Of a stretch of DNA of 64,000 nucleotides, positions 15,563 to 28,020 are shown piece by piece. Both the position numbers and the translations under genes were made by a program. Position 1 is the stretch's first letter; each line of letters starts with the position of its first letter. Below the pieces are notes generated by a model. That model did no database searches and was not told where the DNA came from. It was given only the letters and a program-made list of their open reading frames with translations. Source of the DNA: Eledone cirrhosa (lineage: Eukaryota); assembly GCA_964016885.1 (NCBI GenBank), contig OZ024754.1, forward strand, positions 21,576,001 through 21,640,000, read 5' to 3'.

Positions 15563-15723
15563 GATTTGGAAGCATTTTGCCTTATTTCTATCCCATCTCT
15601 TGTGTATTTTTCCTGATTCTGCGAGAACGTAGAGATGCTGCTCTTTGTAAGAAGAAACATGGCCTCAGCTGGGACCATTACTGCAAAGCTGTTAAGTATC
15701 GGATCTTCCCTTATATCTATTGA
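15563..15723 (+). CDS. LBR: Terminal coding exon of a lamin B receptor / Delta14-sterol reductase (LBR/TM7SF2, ERG4/ERG24 family) gene
   Basis: Polypyrimidine tract TTCCTTTATTTTCTTCCTTT with AG acceptor at 15561-15562. The phase-1 exon reads (G)FGSILPYFYPISCVFFLILRERRDAALCKKKHGLSWDHYCKAVKYRIFPYIY*, collinear with the vertebrate LBR C-terminus as I recall it (GFNHILPYFY...HREARD...CKKKYG..W..YC..V.YRIFPYIY). LBR versus a TM7SF2-like paralog cannot be resolved from one exon. Confidence 0.9.
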
Positions 15724-16649
15724 AACCAAAGCCAAAAACCACTCCAGTGGTTCTCAAAGACTTATTCCTCCTCCTCACATTCTAACTTCACCATTCATTT
15801 CACACTTTTTTCTAAACATTTTATACATTCTATTACAATTTTTTAAATTTCCAAAGATTTATATGTACATAAAACCACAACAACAATAACACTAAAACAT
15901 TTCCATTATTTGTTTGTTTCCACAAATGGTAGTACTCAGGCTGTTTATGTTTTTTTGTTTTTTCTTTTGCATCAACCCAGTTCACAAACCACTTAAATCA
16001 TGTCAGTTAACAAAGAGAAAGTCATTTCACATGTCACTAATGAGCTTGGGGGAAACATGGCATGAACATCACTTGTTCATTTCCCAAATCTGGTGCCTTT
16101 ATGCATCTATCAATATTCAGTTAAACTAGACATATTTTTGGTACACTTTTGTACCGTTTTTTTATATAAGGTCCGTGATGTTTGATAGTAATTATTTTGT
16201 TATTGTTATCTTTACTATTATTACATGTAATTTCCTTCATTTACCATTTATTTTATGTGTTATTCGTTAATATTTTCTATAAACAGTGATCTCATTGCTC
16301 AATATATTATATTTTTTTATTAAAAAAATAAGCCAAAAAATGTAGCTGTAACGTTAGCAGTATTAATGGTGAAGGGAAGTAATTTCCTTTTATCAGTATT
16401 ATTGTCTTCAATAAAGGGAAGTAATTTCTCTCTATATCAGTATTATTACTAGATGGGAGTGCCGTCGTCTTCTCCCTCTTTGTCACACACACACATTTTC
16501 TCTCTCTATTTATGTACTCTTTCGCTTGGCGCTCCTCCTCTTCTATATATAAAATGAGCAGGATCGACAGACAGATAATGCTCTAATATAGATCACCAAT
16601 AAAGGGAGGTAATTGCCTCTATGTCGGCAATTAATTGTAACGGGCGTTG

Positions 16650-17385
16650 TATTTGCAGAGTTATTAGAGTGACGGACAAATAACTACTTTGCGGTGTTTG
16701 TTCCTGTCGAGGTCAACTTTGCCTTTCATCCTTCCAGATCGATACAATAATGTACACAATAATGTACCAGCTAAATATTTGGGTCGATATAATCAACATT
16801 CACCTGAATTGCTGGTTTTGTATCCTTTTGTATCAATATTAATCAAGAGAGGTAATTTCCCAGTATGTCAACAGTATAAGTGAAGGGAGGTGATTTCTCA
16901 CCGCTATTTACCTAAGTATCGTCAGCTATTATTTACTTCTTATGTAGAACATTTTTAATTAGTGGATTTCTGAAAATTGTTCCTGTAACAAGTTAAAATT
17001 TAATTTGATGTCTAATTTTATCCAAATAGTGCTAATGGAACTATATTTATAAACCTTGCGTTTTATTATTATCATTGTGCCAAGGACGATGGATTGGCAG
17101 TAATCGATAGAGCGTTGGACACTCTGCTTCGTGGCATAAAGTGACGGCCCTTTGCTTTTCATCCTTCCAGGGTTGGTAAAATAAAGTACCTCCAAAATTA
17201 TTGGCTTTGTGCCTAAATTAGAAACCATTATAAGGGTGGTGGATTGGTAGAATCATTAGAGCATTGAACAAAATACTTTGTGGGTTCACCATTTATCCAG
17301 GGTCGATAAAATAAAGTACCAATTAAGTATTGGAGTCGATTTAATTGTTTTTCCATTCCCACCAAAATTCTTAGAAATACAAGGC
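16650..17385 (+). mobile_element. Cluster of decayed SINE copies
   Basis: Recurring core TTTGCCTTTCATCCTT...GTCGATAAAATAAAGTACC at about 16720, 17150 and 17300, the same family as 30105, 32553 and 33113. Confidence 0.7.
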
Positions 17386-17389
17386 AGAA

Positions 17390-18058
17390 GTAAAAGGCAG
17401 GGGATCAGCAGTAGGGCCTTGCAAGGGTAGAGACCAACCTTGTTTGTTGTTGTGGTGTATTCTTTATCAATCCAGGATTGCTTGTGCTTGACATTAATGT
17501 AGGGATACCATTTTTCATTAGTAGTGACAATGGAACGTAACCAGTTGGTTGTGCGATGGTAGGAGAGCAGAGAAGTCTCAGCTGCCGTCTGACATTCACG
17601 ATTACAGTCAGTCAGATTGTGCAGCAACCATTGGTCCAGGTTTGACAGTTTCCTATTGCATGCAAGTCATTGAGGGTAGTTGTTTTCGATGCCCTAAGCA
17701 CTTAGGAGAGTTGATGTGATGTTTGACTTGGGTCAACTTTCACCAGCTCATGCAGTTACCATTAAAGTTGGATAAACGTCCTGAGCAAGGTTGATCTTCA
17801 AGGCTGAAATCCCTGGAATGGAAGCATGCAAACCAGTCCATGGCACTGCATTCAGGCATGGTATGTAATCCAAATGCTTTGTTATTGCAACTACTCAGAT
17901 TTGGATAGATCTATGTTGCTTTCCCGTTGACCACGTAACAGAAACTGAAAAAAATGCACATGGTGCATGTTACTTCTTATACAACCTTCAAAATTTCCAA
18001 AAAAAACTTTAGCAAAATACCTCCTTTTGAAAAATGGCAAGAACTTTCTGTCTGACTG
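17390..18058 (-). mobile_element. Truncated, decayed mariner transposon (5' part)
   Basis: Minus-strand translation ...WLRSIVTTNEKWYPYINVKHKQSW...GLYPCKALL resembles mariner IVTGDEKW..Y.N..RK.SW. A TIR-like end TA-CAGTCAGACAGAAAGTTCTTGCC lies at 18036-18060. Confidence 0.8.
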
Positions 18059-18227
18059 TATATATATGGGTAAGATGTTACTAGGCAAGACCATTATTCA
18101 ATTTAATACTTTATATTTTAGAAAAGTAGAGTGTAGATATTACTCATAGAAGTTCTCTGCTCTCCGGTAAAGCTTTTACTGTTTTGATAGCAAATGAGAA
18201 ATATATTTATTGACGACCTACTGCAGT

Positions 18228-18310
18228 TTCTTCAGATAGGACCTGGTGGAAGGTGTGCTTGAGGACTCTGGCCCCACAATCCTCCCAGGAATAAGTGGGC
18301 AAAGAAGATA
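18228..18310 (+). mobile_element. Short 3' end fragment of an RTE-like LINE
   Basis: Similar to 31845-32008 (GACAGGACC...GAGGACT.TG.CCC...AGGAATAAGTGGG). Confidence 0.5.
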
Positions 18311-19439
18311 GCTTAACATCCTTTAATGATTTGGCAGAAAATATTATAACACAGGCCTCTTAATGTTTACAGTATCTTTACTATTGAACAGATCATTGTG
18401 AAAATGTGCAGTACTAAAGACTTTAATAATGTGATACATATTACTGTTTTATACTTTTCAAGAATATCTTGCTAAAGTACTTTCATGCAGTACAGGACAT
18501 TGGGTTAGTAAAGCATGAATATGTGTTTAATAGAGCTTAGCACAGCTTATCTGTGTAGAAGAGGGGACAACGTGGTGAGTAATGATTTAACTTAGACAGT
18601 ATCTATAGTGTCTAGTATCTCCTGGTTTTAGGTTCAATACCCAGTATTTATGTAGAATACACAGAGTTGTGCAATGTTTTTATCTAACACTTGTTGACCT
18701 CATTGTATGTATTATTGTATTGCCCTAACCTTTTACCATTGACTCTCTTTACTATCTCATATAATATCGAATCTATGAGATTTTTATATTTATTTTGAGA
18801 ACAATACTTTAATATGAGTGGCCAGTTTGAACAGAAACAGGTAAAAAAATTCTGGCCAGATACAGCCGGTTTAAATGCATTTACACTACGCTATATATAC
18901 TATTGTATTTTTGCGGTAAAGGCTTTAACTCGTATAATGTTGAATCTTTTGATATTATTTATTTTGAGAACAATACCTTAACATCAGTATGAGTGGAGGG
19001 TTACAGCCAGTTTGAAGAGGAGGTGGTGAGAGAATTCTGGCCAGCTATGGCCAGTTCAAATGCTAAAAGAGTGAAATAATTATTTAAAGAATTGAACATG
19101 AGTTTGTTATTGGTTGACATATCTGTTGTTTTACTAATTAATCTCTCTCTCTCTTATATATATTACTTACTTATCACCTTCATTTACTTATTCAGTTCCA
19201 TAACAGCAAAACTTTCCATTGTTGCCTTCCATTTTCACATGACCTTACACTGTAAAATGAAACAAAAACACTAATTTTGTCATTTTTAAAACTTTCATCC
19301 CTTTTCTCTTCTTCCCCAAGCACCCTGCCAAGTATTAACAGTTTATATTTAGTCAGTAGCATTTTACTTTATCCCAGATAAAGCAAAAATTAATTTTTAA
19401 TGGTCCGATCCACCATGCTGTTAATGTTGTAAAATATAA

Positions 19440-19760
19440 AAATAAATGGACCTCTACTAGGTTTTGGTGATGAGTATCCCAGTTGTTTAATCAACAGACC
19501 AGCCTGCTTGTGAAATTAACATGCAAGTGGCTGAGTGTTCCACAAAGATATTTACACTTAATATAACTGACAAGGAGGTTCAATGTGACACTGTATGTGT
19601 GAGAAGGTTGCTCCTTTGAATTATAGGTACAGTTCATCTTGTATTATAGTACAAGTGACTGAGTATTCCACAGACATGTCTACTTTTAACATAGTCTCAG
19701 GAAGATTCAGCATGACACTGTGTCTGGTAAGGTTGGTCCTTTGAATTGTATGCCCAGTCT
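19440..19760. repeat. Decayed interspersed repeat (SINE-like) with internal duplication
   Basis: The block CAAGTG.CTGAGT.TTCCACA...TGACACTGT...AAGGTTG.TCCTTTGAATT occurs twice (about 19524 and 19651). Confidence 0.55.
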
Positions 19761-21059
19761 ATCTCATAGGGTTCCATATATTTTCCATCTACCCATTTTC
19801 CCTAACAAGGCCTGAGGGTGACCTGAAGCTGTGGTTAACAACACATGTCCAAGATTACATACAATGACATCAGACCCTGATTGTGAAGTGAGGGTGTAAT
19901 ACTGGTGTAAACAGGAGCAGTGCTAGAATTGGTGAATTATATTAGCGTCAAGTAGAAATCTGAGAGTTCCTTTAAGTGGTCATTTACCAACTTGCTACAA
20001 GGGGACAAGATACAAAAGCCTGGTTAACTCTTCTGAGACCAACCTGACCAAAACCAGCACTGGTTCTATCAAACACAACATCAATTTTAAAAGGCTCCTG
20101 CTCATATATGTTAAGTTACTATCTTAACACTTTCGTTACCACATTTCTAATGAAAGATACTGCCTATAATTTTGAAAATAATAAAGCATTTGAAGAGTTT
20201 TAAGTAAAATAATTAACTTTAACAAATTGTTTTTAAAAAATTGTCTTCCACTTATTTTCAATATTTGTACATTGAGGACATTTTGTTTAAAATATCTGGA
20301 GTTTGTAAAGTTTTATTTGGAGGTTCACCTACTCATCAATTAACTGGTCTCTACTTAACAATTATTTATTCAAAACCAACAAAAAAATGTATATATCCAT
20401 GTTGAAATACTTTCAATATTACATAATATACATGGTGGGCATCCAGCTGTAGTAAACATGTGAGAATAAAACATGTGAGTGAGACATAGTCATCTGTATT
20501 GTCTAGCTCATGCAAGCATGGAAAATAGATGTAAAGTGGTGATAATGATGATTTGGGTATGAGCTGAAATTGCTGTAACCAGGATTAGACACAAGTCTAT
20601 TCATCCTATGTACCAGCATAGAAACATATATAAAAAGAATGACATATATACAGGAAGTGTTTTGTTAAAATGTTTGGGAGCTTTGTGTATACTAAACTCA
20701 AAAATACCTGTAGCCTCTCTTATTTTATTCTTTTATATCTTTTACTAGTTTCAGTCATTAGCTTGCAGCCGTGGTAGGCCATGGCTTTGAAGGGATTTAT
20801 TTAATCATTGACCCCAGTACTTATTTTATCGAGTCTGGTATTTACTTCATCATCTATCTCTTTTTGTTAAACTATTAAGAAGAACATACAAATGTAAGTA
20901 CATATACAGGTGCATATAATAATAGTGATATGCATCCAGCTATAGAAACCAAGACATGGTGATCTGGCTTGGCTTGTCTCACGACAAGGCAGCTCATCTA
21001 ACCCATGCTAATGCGGAGAAATCCACATTAAACAGTGGTGATGATACACATGCACACAC

Positions 21060-21225
21060 ATAGAAACATTACAGACATCTACACAGTTTTTTTTGTCCAC
21101 TAGATTTCACTCTGAAATCATTGCTCAACCCGAGGATATGGCAGAAGAGACTACCTCAAGGTGCCATGCAGTGGGACTGAGCCTAAAACCACATGGTTGC
21201 TAAGCAAACTCTTTAACCACGCAAC
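21060..21225 (-). mobile_element. Decayed tRNA-derived SINE
   Basis: Minus strand begins GTGGTTAAAGAGTTTGCTTAGCAACCATGTGGTTTTAGGCTCAGTCCCACTGCATGGCACCTTG, a tRNA-like head. Confidence 0.55.
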
Positions 21226-21601
21226 TGTGTGTGTATATATATATATACACACACACACACTTACATATATATATACATGTATACAAAAGTATCAACAGAA
21301 ACTCAATCCTCTTTCATCAAATAAAATGTATAATTATTTTTCGATGCTAATATCTGTTTCTCCTCCAAACTTTTATACACATCATATAAAGTATTGAGCT
21401 ATTCCTTTCCCTGAAAAGCTGGCAATTACACTATATAAGTCTATTCCTTTATTCTCTTTTGAGAATTGATAATATAGTTCTACCTTTGATAGATATATAT
21501 ATACACACAGATAAATCCACCAATCAATGATAGGGTCTAAACTGTATGAAGAACTCAATGTAATCCGTATGTAAATGTCGTGAAGCAAAGTTTAAAATAC
21601 A

Positions 21602-21877
21602 AAAACAATGAAATTAAACAAAAAACAGTTAATTCATAGTACAACTCATTATTTTACGATCGTTTCTGGGTGGGTAGTTCCCCGTATGTCTATTCTATTA
21701 TTGATCTATGTAAAATATATTACAAAATATCATAGTAAGAAAATATACATACGTCTTCACTACCCGCCGTCTTCAGAAATAATATAATAGATATACGGGG
21801 AACTACCACCCAGAAACAATCGTAAAATAATGAGTTGTACTATGAATTAACCGTTTTTTGTTTAATTTCATTGTTTT
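21602..21877. mobile_element. Inverted-repeat element (Penelope pLTR-like) containing a hammerhead ribozyme
   Basis: Arms of about 90 bp at 21602-21692 and 21788-21877 are reverse complements. Followed by (TA)n. Confidence 0.75.
21649..21782 (-). ncRNA. Type I hammerhead ribozyme with very long stem II
   Basis: Minus strand: TTATTT-CTGAAGA-[about 103-nt irregular hairpin: GGGTAGT/ACTACCC, CGTATGT/ACATACG]-GAAAC-GATC-GTA-AAATAA. Stem I is 6 bp and stem III is the palindrome ACGATCGT. Confidence 0.7.
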
Positions 21878-21889
21878 ACTATTTGTATT

Positions 21890-21929
<40 letters not shown>

Positions 21930-22063
21930 AAAGTATGTCCATAGAATCATTTGATAAAATATATACATTATTTCCTCTCCCAATCAGCATAATCAACTAT
22001 ACAAAAAACCAATTAAACAAGGCACCTATGAAGAAATAATAGATTATATATATATATATATAT

Positions 22064-22139
22064 ATATAAGTTAAAACAATGGAATAAAAAATCAAGTCAT
22101 TAGAAACTTGATTTTTTATTTCATTGTTTTAACTTATAT
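22064..22139. repeat. Near-perfect hairpin with 34-bp arms adjoining (TA)n
   Basis: ATATAAGTTAAAACAATGGAATAAAAAATCAAGT - 8 nt - ACTTGATTTTTTATTTCATTGTTTTAACTTATAT. Confidence 0.85.
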
Positions 22140-22245
22140 CATGACTCTGTTTTCCGGGATTTATTTTAACCTACAACATTTTCATCAACATATGGATTAC
22201 ATTGAGTTCTTCATGCAGACTAGACCCCACAACTTACCGTGGATA

Positions 22246-22280
<35 letters not shown>

Positions 22281-22388
22281 ATTTCATTGTTCTGTAAAGA
22301 GCTCAATGGAAGTAAAATGCAAAACAAACCATTCCAGAGCACACTTATACAAGAATATTACAGAAAACCACATTAATTATATATTATA

Positions 22389-22602
22389 CTAGCCCACCAG
22401 TGACACGATGGGTCATGTTCACTTAAAAATAATTTTTAAATAATTAGAATATACACAGACATGTATATAATGAAAAATGAAATTGGAAGGCCCATATATA
22501 TATGTGTGTGTATATATTCACACACACTTAGAAAGCCTTAATTTTTAAATAATTAACATATACACAGACATGTATATAATGTAAAATGAAATTGGAAGGC
22601 CC

Positions 22603-22661
<59 letters not shown>

Positions 22662-23275
22662 CACCGGTCACAGACAGACTCCCATATATATATTCACACA
22701 CATACACATCTACACACACACACACTTAGAAACCCTTTCTATTTAGCAGGATACAGTAATGCTGTATTCGTTTCTTTGAAGTCACCGGTTGCAATTTCAT
22801 TTTACAACACCACCAGCTCTCTCTCACTCTTCTATTTTCCTTCTCTGTCTCCTCTCTCCCTCTCTATGTTTCTCTATTTATGAAGGTACCCAGAAAATCC
22901 CATATCACAGAAACCCATGATCCGATTTACATGAAACTTGTTTTATCCCATTTGTATCCCTATTTCAGGGGCAACTTCCTTTCAAAGTATTTTCCCATTA
23001 TGCGCCCTTTTGGCTGTATTACATTACAGACAAGCAAGCTATCACAGAGTTTTATTATACACTAGACCACCAGTGACCCTTGGGTCACATTCACTTCAAA
23101 ATATTATTTTAAAATCATGTTCACTTAAAAATAATTTTTAAATAATTAAAATATACACAGACATGTATATAATGTGAAATGAAACTGGAAGGTCCATATA
23201 TATACGTGTGTATGTATATACATATATATATGTGTATATGTATGTGGGTGTCTGATCTATATACACTGGTCATAG

Positions 23276-23308
<33 letters not shown>

Positions 23309-23550
23309 CACAACACCATCAGCTCTCTCTCCTATTCTCCTCTGTCACCTCTTTCTCTCTCTCTCTGTTTATGAAGGTACCCAGGAAAAACCCCGTATCT
23401 TGGAAACCCATGCTCCGATTTACATGAAACTTGTTTTATTCCATTTGTATCCCTATTTCAGGGTCAACTTCCTTTCAAAGTATTTTCCCATTATGCGCCC
23501 TTTTGGCTGTATTACATTACAGACAAGCAAGCAATCACAGAGTTTTAGTA
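22389..23550 (-). mobile_element. Two head-to-tail non-autonomous Helitron-like units (22389-about 23058; 23062-about 23550)
   Basis: Each unit ends on the minus strand in CTAG|T. The second has the subterminal hairpin GTGACCC-AA-GGGTCAC (23073-23088) 7 nt upstream of CTAG. The two units are highly similar, for example CCGATTTACATGAAACTTGTTTTAT...ATCACAGAGTTTTA. Confidence 0.7.
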
Positions 23551-23736
23551 GTATATATATATATATTTATATATATATATATATAGATAGATAGATATAT
23601 ACATAGATAGAAGATTGTATATGACAAGGTACAAAAGTAACCAATGTGTAAAAATATTACTTACATTACTTGTTATAGTTTAGCTCTAACAAGTGATGCA
23701 AGTATATTTTTATATTGTCATATATATCGTAATATA

Positions 23737-23820
23737 CAGGGTGCGGCAGAAATACCTCCCATATTTTACTCGTTCAACCCTTGAAATGTAGGAGTTATTT
23801 TTGCCACTGTTGATGTCTGT
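23737..23820. mobile_element. Tiny Tc1/mariner-type MITE remnant
   Basis: Starts TA-CAGGGTG and has the inverted repeat GGCAGAAATACCTCC / GGAGTTATTTTTGCC. Confidence 0.45.
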
Positions 23821-24360
23821 AATATTATTGTATGTATATATATATACTCACGGTATGTTCAATGTTTCTTTAGGAGGATTGGTTACATAAATCATTTCCA
23901 TGGAGCCTCGTTCATAATAAATATTTATTATATAGTTTACTTATGTGGAATTGTGATCCATTGTTTTTTACAAATCAAATTAAATTTTAAAACAATTTTT
24001 CGTTTGTCTTCCATCCTCTTGTGTACATATATGTTTGTGTTTATATGTATATAGGAAGGATCTTGAATCGTTTTTCTTCTTTTTTTTTAATCAATGAACT
24101 ACCTATTATACAGTACATGGCTAAATATTCTACAGAAACAACAGGACACTGACAAAGGTGGACTCTTAAATCATGGCTTTAATCCATTCCTAAAGGCATT
24201 TGTACACTTTCCATGTAATATTTCTCACAGCATTTAATTCAATGTGCAACACTGAAATTTAATCCAGAGCCATATAATTGCAATAAAGATATGCATTTTA
24301 TGTTATGAGGGCGAGCAACATTTCTAACCATTCAGCTGAACATTTCAACACTACCAAGCT

Positions 24361-24456
24361 GTAACATTTCAAAGCTACTGAGTGGTAACATTTCAAAGCT
24401 ACTGAGTGGTAACCTTTTATAGCTACTGAGTGGTAACCTTTCATAGCTACTGTGTG
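24361..24456. repeat. 24-bp minisatellite, 4 copies
   Basis: GTAACATTTCAAAGCTACTGAGTG repeated four times with substitutions. Confidence 0.9.
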
Positions 24457-24949
24457 GCACCCAATGCAGTGACAGCACAGCTTAGAGAGAACACTGGAGA
24501 TAAGTAATGAAAAGTGTTTGCTATGAAATGTGGCTGAGATCAAATCAAGTGAGCATGTTTAGCTATAGCTGGCTGTCTTTTTAATCATTATATAAGTTAT
24601 CTATGTATTTGAAGTTTTTATAAACTTTTTACTTATATTAATGATCACTTTATTATTGTTACAATTTCCTTGTGCCAAATTCATATTTTAAGAATCCTGG
24701 TTGAATCTAGTCTGTTTTGACAAAATTTAGTCTGCCCACAAAATAAATGGGAGTGGACAGTGGTAGCTAGTTTTATTATTCCTTTTGTCACGATCCTTTA
24801 TTAAAATCTAAAAAAACATGGTTATTGCTGATTACATCCACTGGTTTTTCATATATATATATAAGACATGAGGATATATTTTCATTGATCACAAGAAAAT
24901 GGTTCTGATTTTTTTTTTATGTTATTTTAAGAATCCCATATGCCATCCA

Positions 24950-25065
24950 GAGGACATGTGGCCTAGTGGTTGGAGTGTTAGACTCACACTCATAAGGTCG
25001 TTGTTTTGATTCTGAAAACCAGGCTAGATGTGTTCTTGAGCAAGATGCTTCATTTCACATTGCTT
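24950..25065 (+). mobile_element. tRNA-derived SINE head (decayed)
   Basis: CATGTGGCCTAGTGGTTGGAGTGTT...TTCTTGAGCAAGATGCTTCATTTCACATTGCT, the same family as 36340-36535 and 60568-60660. Confidence 0.65.
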
Positions 25066-25769
25066 TCCATGATAGTGTTGGGGCCCCTATCACTAAAGCA
25101 CCTAAAAAAAACTCCTACGAGTTGCAGTGTTGTAGGAGGCCAGCTAAAAGCTACATGTCAGCTGTAAATTTCATTTCATTATTTCATTTTTATTTTTCCA
25201 TTTCACCTAGAAGGTAATATATGGGATTTTTTCATTTAAAAGACAGAAAAAAAAACAAAAGCAAAAGCGAATTCATGTATTTGTTGAAAAATAATTTCTT
25301 ATTAAAATGATTATCAAATAATATATGTATTGAAATTTTGTTTAAAGTTTTTATCTTTTCCCTTGGTGTTTCCAAAGAATACTAGAAATGTGTGTGTGAG
25401 AGAGAAAGATGTATGTCTACTGCCTTAATCTGACCTGTTGTCAGGTGGACTAGCTTTCTAAATAAAGAAATCTAGCTTACATCTAATTTTATTTCTTCTC
25501 TATTTCAATGGCCTACAAATGATTTCTGTTGCTTTTATTTCTTGTATTATATCTTATGCCACTCCTTACCTCTAATACAGGATTCCAGTTATTTAGCATA
25601 CACACACACTCACGTGTGGTTCCCCAACTCGTGTCAGAATGGGAAGCGGACGTAAACTGATGATATATATATATACATACACACACACACACACACACAT
25701 GTGTGTGTGTTGCTTTGTGGATTAAGTAAATTTCGTTCTACTTTCTACTCTCTCACCAAACATGTTATT

Positions 25770-26355
25770 CCTGTATTTTTCGACTTGTAAGACACACAGT
25801 TGGTTAGAAGAAAATGTACTATTTATAAGGTTTTTATTTTAAAAAAAATACAACTTGATATTGATATTTCAAAAGAGAGAAGGAAAAAAAATACTATTGT
25901 TGCAGACACAAAAGAGTTATTTTATTCTTCCATGTTACTCAGTCAATACCATATTATTTACAAATATCCTCAGCATTATCCTCTATTATCTATAATTTAT
26001 TATTTTTCTTTACAAATTAGGAAGTAATGTAACTAGCTGTTTTTAGCATTAGTATTAACTATGCATGTTTATTTATTTCTACAGCTACACTTATACATAG
26101 TTCTAACCCATGCTAGCGTGGAAGACGTTAAACGATGATGAGTTTGTGTATAGTATACATGTATTAAATCCTGTAACGAACTGGGGTGGATTTAATCAAC
26201 TTACCCCTCCCTCCAAAAAAATGTTGGCCTTGTGCCTAAATCAAAAACCATTATTATTATCTTATTTACCCCTTTAATGTATAGGGTGCGAGCATATTTT
26301 GACATCAAATATTCGGGGGAGTAAAAAAAGTGTATCTTATACATGGGTAAATACC
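25770..26355. mobile_element. Degenerate Tc2/pogo-like non-autonomous DNA transposon
   Basis: Imperfect terminal inverted repeats GTATTTTTCGACTTGTAAGACACAC and GTGTATCTTATACATGGGTAAATAC. Confidence 0.45.
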
Positions 26356-27596
26356 TAGGATTGACTTAAATGGGGATAATTCACTTATGTGAGGCTAATC
26401 ATGTTGTCGGAACAAGCTTTCCCTCACCCCACCCCTTTTTCACAATTACATATATACACACCTCCACAGACAAATATACACATCTTCACAAATACATATA
26501 TACACTCATTCACAGACAAATATACACATCTTCACAAATACATATATACACACATTCACAGGCACAGATATATATATACACACCTTCACAAGCAGTCATA
26601 TATACACATTTATGCAAAATGGAGTCTTGCTTTATCATCGAAAGAAGGGCAGGTAACTCTGTTGGTCACTTGGTACATTGATTCAATTAAAACAACAGTT
26701 TATGAATGTTACTTAAATCTTCCTCTCTTGCTGCTGCTAATATCATCAATTCTATTACTACAGCGTGAAGGTGGCTAAATTTAGCAACAAAACATGTATT
26801 GCTGTATACAAACTTTCTTAGCTTCTTGCAGAGTTTGTTTTGAAGCTGAAAATTTCTGTTGGATTCAATGCCAATGAATGTTATATTGTTATACGGCCTC
26901 ACTGCAAACTGCTACAAATCCTGCCTCGCTTAATTTTATAGTTACCCTTTTGTTACCATATTTGTAATGAAACATGATTTTCAAATATTTTGGAAGGATT
27001 TAGTAATAATATAGTAAACTTCATTGTTATTAAGCCGGTGTTTGGAATATAATTTACAAAATGTTTTTATGTAAAATTGTAATGGAAGGTATTTAGATAA
27101 ATATAAACACTTTATCCCTTTCGTTATATTTCTAATAAAAGATACTGTTTATGGTTTTCAAGTAGTTTTGAAAATATTCAAGAATCTAGAAGGGTTTAGT
27201 CATTAGCTTTCTCGTTATTAAGTTGGTGTTTGGAGCATAAAGGTTCTTTAAAATTATGTTTGAAAGTTTTTAGATCAATATAAATACTTTAAAATAAGCA
27301 GATTCATATCAAAAGGGTTAAACCCTTTAGTAGCATGAAACAAACCAGTAATACGTGGTGGTTAGATCACTTTGATCACTACACTAGCTACAAATAGGTG
27401 GTAGTGTGCCAAGTAAAAATAAAGTATTATTGAATGTCCTTTTATTATTAAAAAGATAGTTATATACTGCATGCCAAAGACTTGTGAAGATTTTATATAT
27501 CCACACACACTCAGGTGTTTACTGTTATTGATACCATTAAGCCTTTGTACCAACCTGATCAAATCTGGTCCTGGTTCTATTAAACAAAACAATCCA

Positions 27597-27730
27597 TTTA
27601 AATATTGGCAGGGCTTCACTTTGTCGTTCACCCACCCCTCTAAGTTCAAATATTGGTGGGACTTGACTTTGTCATACACCCACCCCTCTGAGTTCAAACA
27701 TTGGTGGGGCTTCACTTTATCATTCACTCA
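27597..27730. repeat. 48-bp minisatellite, about 3 copies
   Basis: Units resembling TTCAAATATTGGTGGGACTTGACTTTGTCATACACCCACCCCTCTGAG. Confidence 0.85.
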
Positions 27731-28020
27731 TCAAAGGGTCAATAAAATAAGCAATAAGTTTATTAGGGAGTTGATTCACCCGACAATATCTGACCACTCA
27801 CCCACACACATTGATATATACAATTTGTTATGTACCAAGTTAAAAACCTAAGACTGACTATATCACCCTTATCCCCTACATAAATTTTCTGTGTACCTAA
27901 TAAAAAAAAAACTAAGAGTATGCCCCTTCTTCCCCTGTAAATACAATTCACTATGTACCTAGTCAAAAGTAATCAGTAAAACCTTAACACTCATTGTTTT
28001 CGGTTTTTTTTTATCATATA

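Noticed and set aside
26687-26902. Non-repetitive stretch with a 71-aa ORF that might be an exon
   Set aside because: No recognisable protein motif and no convincing donor/acceptor pair.
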